Positions 51,030 through 64,000 of a stretch of DNA of 64,000 nucleotides are shown one piece after another. A program made the position numbers and the translations under genes. Every line of letters starts with the position of its first letter. The stretch's first letter is position 1. The notes beneath the pieces are model-generated. The model did no database searches. It saw nothing but the letters and a program-made list of their open reading frames with translations, and had not been told where the DNA came from. Origin of the DNA: Eledone cirrhosa (taxonomy: Eukaryota); contig CAXHJY010000811.1 of assembly GCA_964016885.1 (NCBI GenBank), positions 2,546-66,545 on the forward strand, in the 5' to 3' direction.

Positions 51030-51325
51030 TAGCACCAACACCACTACCATCACTACCACCACCATCACTACCATCACCACCACCACCATCATCACCACCA
51101 CCATTAGAATGCTCAACATCACCATCACTACCATCACCACCACCATCACCAGCATCATCATCAACACTACCATCACCACTACCATTACAATCAACACTAC
51201 CACCACTATCACCAGCACCACTACCACCACTATCACCACCACCATCACCACCATCACTACCATTACCACCACCATCACTACCACCATCACCACCACCACC
51301 ACCATTACCACCAGGATTACCACTA
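51030..51325. repeat. (ACC/ATC/ACT)n trinucleotide array
   Basis: Direct inspection. Confidence 0.9.
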
Positions 51326-52222
51326 TAGAAATAGCGACAATAATCACTATTATAACAACGACAATAAAATTCAGAATTCGGAGAAGAATTGGAAGAGAAT
51401 TGAGATAAGACACATTTGGAAGAAAAAAAAAAAAAAAAAGAAATAAAAATAAAAAATTTTAAATAAATAATAAATAATACAAACATAAAAATTAAATAAA
51501 TAAAAACATAAAACATCCCAATAAAATAAATACAAATATAATAAAAAATAAAAAGTAAAAAAAATGAAAAAGAAGCCAATATTTGAAGGGGTGGGGTGTA
51601 GTGAGAAATTTTGAGAGATAGAAGAAAAATCTCGAAAATTTTAATATGTAAATGTAACATGAATATGGTTACCACAGAAACGTTGAAATATTTCAGAAAA
51701 TGTACTAAAAATTTTTAGCAAAGAAATTTATGCATTTTTTTTTTCTTTTCCATCATAAACCATAAAAGTCATTCACTACAAATTTCTATAACAACAGATA
51801 TCACAATATGTCATGGCTAGCTCTAGAATTGTCCTCGTGTAACTGTGTGTAGGTACAGGTGTTGGTGTGTAGGTACGTGTGTTGATGTGTGTAGGTACGT
51901 ATGTTTGTGTACGTGTGTGTGAATGTAGGTACGTATGTGTGTGTACGTGTAGGTAGGTACGTGTGTGTGTTTCTCTGTATGTGTTTGCGTACGTGTGTGT
52001 GTACGTGTGTGTAGGTACCTGACTGTGTACGTGTGTATACGTATGCATGACTGTACGTGTGGGTATGTGAGTGTGTATACGTGTGAGTTTGTGTATATGT
52101 ACCTGTGTGAGTGTATGTATGTGTACACGTGTGTGTGTTAGAGTTTACTACAGCAGAGTCGAAGGTACGAATTTCCCCTCCATAGCCCCGAATTCCGATG
52201 ATATAATTGAAATATTTAGAAA

Positions 52223-52286
<64 letters not shown>

Positions 52287-52289
52287 AAG

Positions 52290-52376
52290 GAAAAGAAATT
52301 GAAAATGCAACTGGAGTCTTTTTAAGAATATTTATGTTTCCTTTACCGGTTTCACAGTTCTTATGCTTTTCAAAAG
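52290..52376 (-). mobile_element. PLE-type terminus with a decayed minimal hammerhead
   Basis: Minus strand CTT-TTGAAAA-GCA(TAAGAAC)TGT-GAAA-CCGG-TA-AAG; runs into (TA)n. Confidence 0.45.
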
Positions 52377-52648
52377 TAGAATTAAGATGGAGAGTTTGTG
52401 GTTTACACGCATGCATTTTTAAATGTGTGTGTGTGGCTGTATGCGCAAGTAAACGCATGTATACGGAAATAATCTTATAATTAAGATATAGAAACATACA
52501 TTGAGAAATATACGCTGAAACAGTGTGTATAATACACATTTGTGTACACAGATTCATAAACTTGAGTTAATTTAGACAAGTAGAAAACTTTTAATGCGAA
52601 TAAGTTAGTTGGAACACTTTAGCGAATATATATATATATATATACATA

Positions 52649-52686
<38 letters not shown>

Positions 52687-52854
52687 TCTTTCTATGTCTG
52701 CATATTACGTTATATATATATATATATATAGGTATTTATATTTTTTTCCAAAATCTAATTTTGAAAATTGCAATGAGATACAAATATATTTTTGTATAAA
52801 TAAATAGAAAACTTTCTATATAGTACATACAAAAATGTATATATAATATATAAA

Positions 52855-53105
52855 CAAAATGTATGTATAATATATAAATAAAATGTATGTATAATATATA
52901 AATAAAATGTATGTATAATATATAAATAACATGAATGTATAATATATAAATAACATGAATGTATAATATATAAATAAAATGTATGTATAATATATAAATA
53001 AAATGTATGTATAATATATAAATAAAATGTATGTATAATATATAAATAAAATGTATGTATAATATATAAATAAAATATATGTATAATATATAAATAAAAT
53101 ATATG
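52855..53105. repeat. 24-bp AT-rich minisatellite
   Basis: aaatgtatgtataatatataaata, about 10 units. Confidence 0.9.
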
Positions 53106-53221
53106 TATATATTATATATAAACACAATGTATATATTATAAACAAATATTTTGCTTTGTGGCCTTACGCATGTTTATAAAAGAAGATAATTGAGAAGAAT
53201 TAAAAATTTAGAAATTTAACT

Positions 53222-54110
<889 letters not shown>

Positions 54111-54464
54111 ACACACACCTCTCTCTATATATATATGTATATATACACACACACCTCTATATATATTTATAGGATTTCTTCATATTTATGCTTACATCTA
54201 CAAACACAAACCTATGGGCAATACAAACACACTAAACATACTAAATACAAACAGTTATTGCAGACAATTGAAGTAGATTTTGTTTACAATATTTGCCTCA
54301 ACATTTTCACACTTCAGTGATTGTTGTACATTTCTGAAGAGATGAAAACATATTCTTAATAATATTAGTTGGAAGCAAAATAAGCCAAAATAATAATCTA
54401 TAACCTGCGTCTCAAGCAGAATAGAAGACACTATTTCCTGCCAATTGATGGTAACTGAAGGAAT

Positions 54465-54790
54465 GGAACACCAGGTATATTGTTAACGATAGCTGAGTGT
54501 GTAGATTATAGAATAAGTAAATCATTTGCAGAATTGTTGGAGCGTCCGGGTATTGGTTCTTTTTTCTCAGCGCTCTTTGCGTGCAAATCTGGTTGAGTTC
54601 ACCCTTGTCTTTCAATTCCTGTCAATATCAGGTACATTGCTAAGGATAGCTGAGTGAGTAGATTAAAGGATAAGCAAATAATCCGCAGAATCGGTGGAGC
54701 GTCGGACCAAAATGCTTTGTGGTATTTTGGTTCTTTGCTCTCATTTCTGCGGTCTCTCAGTGCAAATCTGGTTGAGTTCACCGTTGTCGT
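54465..54790 (+). repeat. Tandem duplication of a SINE-A-like head with its flank
   Basis: gatagctgagtg.gtagatta...gcagaat...ggagcgtc...gtgcaaatctggttgagttcacc occurs twice. Confidence 0.75.
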
Positions 54791-55706
54791 TCGTTTCTTG
54801 TCAACTGGAACACTCCTCGTTGAAAACTGACGTAGGTCCTTATTTCCTATTCCAAGCAAGTGTATGTATAAATTACATGTAACAGAAAATTTAAGATTGT
54901 AGAGCAGACTTAACGAGTTTATGCTACTATCTAATAAAGGCTTCGTTAGAATGCGAGGCAGTCATGCTCCGTTAGATTAGGAGGCAGCCATGCTTTGCTA
55001 GATTACGAGGCAGTCATGCTCAAGTGTGTTAATTATAAATCTATGTTTTAAAAACAGTGTTAAGAAATAGACATATTTTCTGACTAAGTTTCTGAGAATC
55101 TGACAGAAGGTGTGAGAATATCAGGAAAACAAAATTACCAAAAAATACAAAAAAAAAAAAAAAAAAAAAAAAGCATTAACACAAACATGAAAGAAACAAA
55201 AAGACAAAACTATCCGCAAAATGGTGAACGCCAAAAAAGCAAAAACACAAATCGTAAATGAATACAAATCATAAAAAGTAATTTTGAAAGGAAAGGTAAA
55301 AAAAAAAAGCAAGAAAAAAGAAAAGTTACTACATTTTTCCAGTGACTACATTTTTACGTTGCACTAAATTTCTTCTAAAATTATTTGCAGAAATCAATAC
55401 AAGACAAACATTTTTTTTTTTCAGTATGAATTTCTTTTTAAATTAGTAGTCATATTAAATTGATATTAGCAAGCGCGGCTGTCACTGATGTGCTTAGAAG
55501 TTAATTAGAGCTAACAGAGTTTCTCATCAATCGAAATTTCCCTATGTAACCTTGTTGCCTTATGGGAACACAGATTTAAGTACTTTACTTGTTCGCCATA
55601 CATTTACAGTATTATCCAGCACTTCGTTCTACCGTTTTCTGTCAATTTGAATATTTAATAGAAATTATTTCTAATTTCTACACTCCCTCTGTCCCTGCCT
55701 GCCTAC

Positions 55707-55745
<39 letters not shown>

Positions 55746-55913
55746 CTCTCTCTCCTCTCTCACACATACACATCTCTCTCTCACACATTCTCTCTCTTTC
55801 ACACACACACTCTTTCACACACACACACACACACACACACTCTCACAAACGCACGCACTCTTTCACACACACATCTCTCTCTCTCTCTATCTATCTCCAT
55901 TTCACACATATAC

Positions 55914-55960
<47 letters not shown>

Positions 55961-56639
55961 GCTCACCATTACTGCTCGGTAATCGTGTAAGGGTAATTAA
56001 CGGAACAGTTTAGAAATATTGTGTTAATATGATAAATATGGCGAGAGTTAATAGCCTAACTTTTCTATATTATGTATAGCTACTCACCATTCTATAAATA
56101 TAGCTCAACTACACATACACACTATCATACACACATACACACTCTCCTACACACATACACACTATCAAACTCACACGCAAACCTATCCATGTTCGTTCTT
56201 AGTTTTTTTCCCGCTATTTATTTGTAAATCAACATCTAATACAGACCTTCGTGCAACAAGCAGATCGAACCTCAATGTTGCTATGGGTTGAAAGACAGGT
56301 GTGTGTGGAAATCGATACATGATAGATGTATCTACGTCACTTAGATCAAATAATTGATTTAAAAAAAATATAGATAAAAATATATAAATATAAAAAAAAA
56401 GATGATGATGTAGGAAAGAAAAATGAGCGAATGCAATATATATATATATATATATACATATACACATATATATATAGTGTTAGAAAGTTAAGGGAACAAA
56501 CAATATATATATATATGTGTGTGTATAAATGTATATATGTGTATATATGTATATATGTGTATATATATATATGTATATATATGTGTATATATATATATAT
56601 ATGTGTATATATGTGTATATATGTGTATATATATATGTT

Positions 56640-56688
<49 letters not shown>

Positions 56689-56825
56689 GTTTATATATAT
56701 ATATATATATATGTATAAATGTTTATATATATGTGTATACATGTATTTACATACACACACACACATATATATATATATATCAGGATTTTACCGGTTTAAA
56801 CTAGTAAGACCATTTTTTTTTAGTA

Positions 56826-57130
56826 GAGTACTCAATACTTTGGATAGTAGAGTATAAATATAGAGAGTTAGACCACGACGGCTGAGCTCTCGTTTCGAAA
56901 GCAAATTGCAAAAAGCTAGAATTTGCTGTCGAAACAGCAAGAACTCGGCCATCGGGCCCTAACTCTCTCTTATACACACACACACATACATACTTGTGTG
57001 TGTGTGTGAGAGAGAGTTAGGGCCCGATGGCTGATTTCTTGCTGTTTCGACAGCAAATTCTAGCTTTTTGCTATTAGCTTTCGAAACGACAAGAGCTCAG
57101 CCGTCGAGGTCTAACTCTCTATATTTATAC
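56826..57130. mobile_element. Nested palindrome of four H1 hammerhead 3' halves
   Basis: Arms 56852-56969 and 57008-57130 are inverted copies; each arm is itself an imperfect palindrome centred on GCAAATT..AATTTGC-like sequence. Confidence 0.8.
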
Positions 57131-57196
57131 ACACATACATACATACATACATACATACATACATACATGTGTGTGTGTGTGTGTGTGTATGTGTGT

Positions 57197-57395
57197 GTTT
57201 ATCCTGGGTTCAATCGGGGGTAACCACAGTAAGTAAGGTACTCAATACATAGCAGAGTATATATATTTAATATAGAAAAGGGTTCTACAAGACTAGAACT
57301 GTTTCATTCGGAGGAACTCATCAGGATGCGCTTGCTGATGATTTCTCCCAAATGAAACAGTTCTAGTCCTGCAGAATCCATTTCTATATTAAATA

Positions 57396-57404
<9 letters not shown>
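57197..57404. mobile_element. H3 terminus with two divergent hammerhead cores in inverted repeat
   Basis: Minus strand CTGATGA-GTTC(CTCC)GAAT-GAAAC-AGTTCTA-GTC; plus strand CTGATGA-tttctcccaaat-GAAAC-AGTTCTA-GTC (57335-57368); 10-bp spacer. Confidence 0.8.
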
Positions 57405-57448
<44 letters not shown>

Positions 57449-57453
57449 GTATG

Positions 57454-57514
<61 letters not shown>

Positions 57515-57635
57515 GTTTGAGTGTATTTGTATGTATGAATGTATGCATATATATATGTGTGTATGTGTGTGTGTTTAACGAGAGAGGGAGACGAAAGGGT
57601 GAGAGACAGGTAGATAGAGATATGGATGGATGGAT

Positions 57636-57697
<62 letters not shown>

Positions 57698-58501
57698 GGG
57701 TACAAGTAGATATAGGGAGCAATACAAGGGAGATAGGGAGATATATAGAGATAGAGAGAGAGAAGGTGAAAGAAAGGGGAACAAACAAGGTAGAAAAAGA
57801 GAGAATAAATAATGGAGAGACGAAGGGAGAGGATAAGAGAGAGAGAGAGAGGGAAAATAAGGGAGACGAACGAATTCGTGTAATACTGTAGTAAGAAGCA
57901 GTCGTATGGTATATCAATATCTGATAATCTGGTCGAGCTAATCTCAATTGTAATTCATTTGATCCATGTGTTGTGTGTCGCTAAAGCAGTCCAATGCTTG
58001 CAGTGGTCGATTACGTCTCTCTCTCTCCCGTATGCTCTCTCTCTCCCATTATTTCTCTCTCACCTTTTCTTTCTCTCACTCTCTCTCTCATTGTCTTCTG
58101 CTTTGTCTATCTCCCACTCTTTCGATGTTGTCCCTCTGTCTGCCTCTCTATATATATCTCTCATTGTCTCTTCCAACCTCTCTCTCCCAATATCTCTCTA
58201 CCTATCTCTCTATCTATCTGTCTCATTCTGTCTCTGAGACTCTCGCTCCCTTGGTGTTCCCGTCTCTCTCCCACTCACCTTGACAGTGTCTGTCCCCGTG
58301 TCCACCTCTCTATATCTCACTCTCTATCTGACTGTCTTTCTGTCTCCACATCCATTTGTCTCTTTTTTCCTCTCTCCCAATATCTCTCTCTCTTTCTGAC
58401 TGTCTCCAGTTCTCTGTTGATCACGTCAGTAACTGTCCACCCGAGTTCTATTTTTTTTTTATCAACCTCGAAAGATAGAGAGGAAATGAGAAATATATAT
58501 A

Positions 58502-58672
58502 TAGAGAGGAAGAATCGATCTCTGTACTAGACTGGTACTTTTTATTTTATCGACCTCGAAAGGACGAATAGCAAAATTGATCTCGGCGGAATTTGAACTC
58601 AGAGAGCAGAGAACCAGAACGAACATCACAAAAGCATTCTATCGGAGGTTCTCACGACTGGTTACTCACCGC
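58502..58672 (-). mobile_element. Diverged SINE family A
   Basis: actggtact..tttatcgacctcgaaagga..ctcggcggaatttgaactcag. Confidence 0.75.
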
Positions 58673-59050
58673 TTGGTGGTCTTATAAGTGAATGGGTGAT
58701 TCAGATAAATATTTATAAAGGAAGGTACGTTCGTGTGAAGCTTTGAATTAATCTATCGAATTTTTACTAGAACTCATTAAAATTTATACTTTCATTAATT
58801 TGTTTGAGGTTGTCCAATATATTGATTTCATTCTACGGCTATCTCTATCTAGAAATGTATTTCACAGATTGTACACGTATACTAAGGAAACACTGTGTGT
58901 GTGTGTGTGTGTGTGCGTGTGTAGTCGCTGGGCGTCGTAATGACATACAGTATGTCTTGGAAATTTAAAACCAGGCAGAGCCTTTCCTTCTCATTCCAGT
59001 ATTGAACACAGCAGCCGATTCCTGAGAGAGAGACAGAGAGAGGGGGGGGG

Positions 59051-59094
<44 letters not shown>

Positions 59095-59356
59095 GACAGA
59101 AAGAGAGAAATGGCCATGCGAGAGAGATATTAGTGAACGTTTTAGAAAGTAAACAGTACACTCAGCTAAACAAGAGTACCAACGACAGCTAGGAATTAAC
59201 TCGGAGTGTAGATATGTCCAGGAAGAGGGGACTCTTGTTCACTCAGTCACTTACCGACGATGAAACTGGGATAAGCACTGGCCGGATGAGCACAGGGGTT
59301 TGTGACAAGGGAGGAATATGAGAGATTAAGCTTTTGAGAGAAATCATTTTCCAGAT

Positions 59357-60726
<1,370 letters not shown>

Positions 60727-61078
60727 CCAAAACACGTTTCAAATTTTGTTGTTTTCTAATAAGCAATAGTGTTTAAATTTCTAAATCTAAAAATATGAAT
60801 TAGACAGGCGTAAGTTTAAAAAAACGAACCAGAAAATGTGATAAGCGAACATTAATTAAGCGATTAAAAACATCGCGACAAAAATATAGGAAAATTTCCA
60901 GTAGATATTTATAGTTTCCTGTATTTTGTTTTCACTTTCTCTCTGATCGTCAAGTCATCATTCATAATAAACCGTCTAGAATTTTTATTTGACAAGCTCT
61001 TGTTTTGTTCCCCAATTTGCATCAAGATTTATTAACAAGCTAATAACTAAGTCCCAAACAGTTATTTTAGACAATAAT

Positions 61079-61265
61079 TGTTTCTACTTTAGGCACAAGG
61101 CCAGCAATTATCCAGTGCATTACTGGTACTTTATTTTATCGACCCCCGTAAGGATGAAAGGCAAAGTCAACCATCGGCGGGATTTGAACTCAGATCGTAA
61201 AGGGACATAACTATGCTGGAAAGCATGGCGTCCGACCCTCTACCGATACTGCCAATCCACTGCCC
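61079..61265 (-). mobile_element. SINE family A, full length, with TSD
   Basis: A and B boxes on the minus strand; 19-bp TSD agttattttagacaataat/agttatttaggacaataat. Confidence 0.9.
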
Positions 61266-61557
61266 AGTTATTTAGGACAATAATGAGCTTCAGAGCTAAA
61301 CTTATCAATCATTAAAAACCTAAATTCATTTAAAAGAAAGAATGAAGAAAACAATATTTGAAATTCCAAAAATTATCAGAGAGAAAACGTTTTAAATTGA
61401 AATGGTTTCAATGATGATATGGTTTGTTGAGGTTTCTCTGGAAATCTAAAAGCCGTGGTCAACCTGTAGCCATTTTAAATTTAATTCAGACGGAGTGTAT
61501 GTAGGACCATACTATAATATACATATATAGTATTGTTGTTTCGCTCTAGTAAATATT

Positions 61558-61625
61558 TGTTTCTACTTTTGGCACAAGGCCAGCAATTAACCCAGTGCAT
61601 TACTGGTACTTTATTTTATCGACCC
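61558..61625 (-). mobile_element. 5'-truncated SINE family A with perfect 12-bp TSD
   Basis: ctagtaaatatt at 61546-61557 and 61626-61637. Confidence 0.85.
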
Positions 61626-61639
61626 CTAGTAAATATTAT

Positions 61640-61818
61640 CAGATTGACAGTATCGGTAGAACGTCAGATGCCAAGCTTTGAAGCATAGAGTTATGGTCCT
61701 TTTCGTTCTGAGTTCAAATCCGCCGAGGTTAACTTTGCCTTTCATCCTTACGGGCTCTATAAAATAAAGTACCAGTAATGCACTAGGTAATTGCTGGCCT
61801 TGTGCCAAAAGTAGAAAC
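61640..61818 (+). mobile_element. SINE family A
   Basis: B box gagttcaaatcc and family tail. Confidence 0.85.
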
Positions 61819-62344
61819 TATATAATATAATATATTATATATATATATGTATAGGAGGGGAATTTGCAAAGTCATTGGTGAACTGTCAAGCCGAGGCTAT
61901 ACTAGAAGACACCTGTCCATGTTGTCACACAGTAATACACTGGGGTAATTTGCTGGCCTTGTGCCAAAAGTAGAAACAATAATTTGTAATATAAATGTAG
62001 GACTTGCTGGTTACTTAAAACTCAATCAAATATATAGACGGGTGTAATTAATTGAAGATAACTAATGACAGGGTTAATGTTATCAGAATGGTAAGCTAAG
62101 AAACGGATTTATCATACTAACTAAAAGTGCAAAGTTACATCATTTCGGTAACAATTTACCGCTACATTCCAACTAAAGTATGACTTGTTAAAGATAACAC
62201 CCTTCCGTGTATTCAACTCTAAAGATTAAGTGTGATGTGTCTAAGTGAGAAACACCAACAGGAAGAATAACATTTTATCAGGAATTCATTAGATAGATCC
62301 AGCCTCAATACATTCTACTTCCTTTTACGTAAGAATAACGGAAT

Positions 62345-62472
62345 ATTTCTGATTTAGGCACAAGGCCAACAATTTTTTTGGGAAGGATAAATGTCGTTTA
62401 AATCAACCCAGTTCATTACTGATATTTTATTTTATCATCGACCTCGTAGGATGAAAGGCAAAGCTAACCTCG
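62345..62472 (-). mobile_element. SINE family A, 3' part
   Basis: ttaggcacaaggcc...atcgacctcgtaggatgaaaggcaaag. Confidence 0.75.
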
Positions 62473-62509
62473 AATAGTGGAATGGAATAGAATGGAATGG
62501 AATGTAGTA

Positions 62510-62912
62510 TGGATCTCCATCGGTTTCGACGATGAGTGTTCCAACCGTCCAAAATAAGGAAACGGCTTGCACAGGCAATTAACATGTATGGGGCAGGTAA
62601 TTCCACAGACGTGTACCCTAAATGCAACGCAAATCTCATGGAAATTTTGTGCGACAGAAAATGTGACAAGGCTGGCCTTTTGAATCATAGGTCCTGTCAT
62701 ATGTGATGGGCCTTCAAACAGTGTCTGTCTACTTAATTTTACTAACATGGCGTCCGTCGAACCGAAACTATTATAAATGGCGTTTACTGAAAATGAATGA
62801 AGCACTGTGAAAGAAAATGTATTGCTCAAGGACACAACGGACCACCGAGTATCGAACCCATTACCTTAGATCACGTTCCAAAATCGCCCTAAACACTAAG
62901 CCATGCATCTTC
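62510..62912 (-). mobile_element. SINE family C, diverged
   Basis: Homologous to 15760-16057; B box ggttcgatac. Confidence 0.65.
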
Positions 62913-63059
62913 ACCACTTTAAAACTACAGTAATACTGTTGGCACAGCACAAATAATCTTGACAAAATCCACTAAAAAGTGATACGTATTCGAGTATATA
63001 TGTCTGTATGGTTGATAATGAACGTGTTTGTATGTGTGCATTTGCATATATACATCTAT

Positions 63060-63353
63060 ATGTGTTATATATATATATAAATATTTATGTAAATATATAT
63101 ATATGTAAAATATATATATATAAATATATATATAAAAATATATTTTTATATAAATATATATATATATAAATATATATATATAAAAATATATTTTTTATAT
63201 AAATATATATATATATAAATATATATATATAAAAATATATTTTTTATATAAATATATATATATATAAATATATATATATAAATATATATTTTTTATATAA
63301 ATATATATATATATAAATATATATATATAAATATATATATATCCCCCAAGTAT

Positions 63354-63388
<35 letters not shown>

Positions 63389-63831
63389 TAAATGTATATA
63401 TATATATATATAAATATATATATATAAATATATAAAAATATATATATATAAAAATATATTTATATATAAATATATATATAAATATATTTATATATAAATA
63501 TATATATAAATATATAAATATATATATATAATATATATATATATAAATATATATATATAAATATATATATATATAAATATATATATATAAATATAAATAT
63601 ATAAATATATAAATATATATATAAATATATATATATAATATATATATATAAATATATAAATTATATATATAAATAAAAAAATATATTATACTATATATAT
63701 ATAAATAAATATATTTAAATAAATAAATATAAATAAATATATATATATATATATATGTAAATATATATATATATATAAAATATATATAAATAAATATATA
63801 TATATATGTAAAATATATATATATATATATG

Positions 63832-63905
<74 letters not shown>
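63060..63905. repeat. (TA)n/TAAA array
   Basis: Direct inspection. Confidence 0.95.
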
Positions 63906-63908
<3 letters not shown>

Positions 63909-64000
63909 AGATCAAAAGATGGTTAAAGGAGTTCCATATATTTTATTATGCGCATTTCAAAAACAAACATCATCAAGCAATAATATTTGTGTTTTCATCA

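Noticed and set aside
62160-62218. Minus-strand 59-nt exon candidate (LNTRKGVIFNKSYFSWNVA)
   Set aside because: Moderate splice signals only, no recognisable homology and no partner exon.

Overview
AT-rich, repeat-saturated eukaryotic DNA, intergenic or intronic. It is most likely an octopod cephalopod, inferred only from remembered SINE families and the extreme microsatellite load. A large share of the window is simple-sequence arrays, and nearly all long ORFs in the supplied track are translated microsatellite. Recognisable coding remnants are all retroelement-derived: Penelope-like element (PLE) RT and GIY-YIG fragments, a CRE-type restriction-like endonuclease fragment and RTE-type LINE fragments. 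There are also many tRNA-derived SINEs and hAT and mariner MITEs. The main signal is a dense set of about 15 short PLE-type termini from several families carrying type I hammerhead ribozyme (HHR) motifs. One is fully intact (20411-20470) and two show compensatory stem II covariation (23374-23416, 42169-42206). Several are folded back into palindromes at the ribozyme, and most abut (TA)n-type arrays. No host gene could be securely assembled; a few candidate exons are flagged at low confidence.
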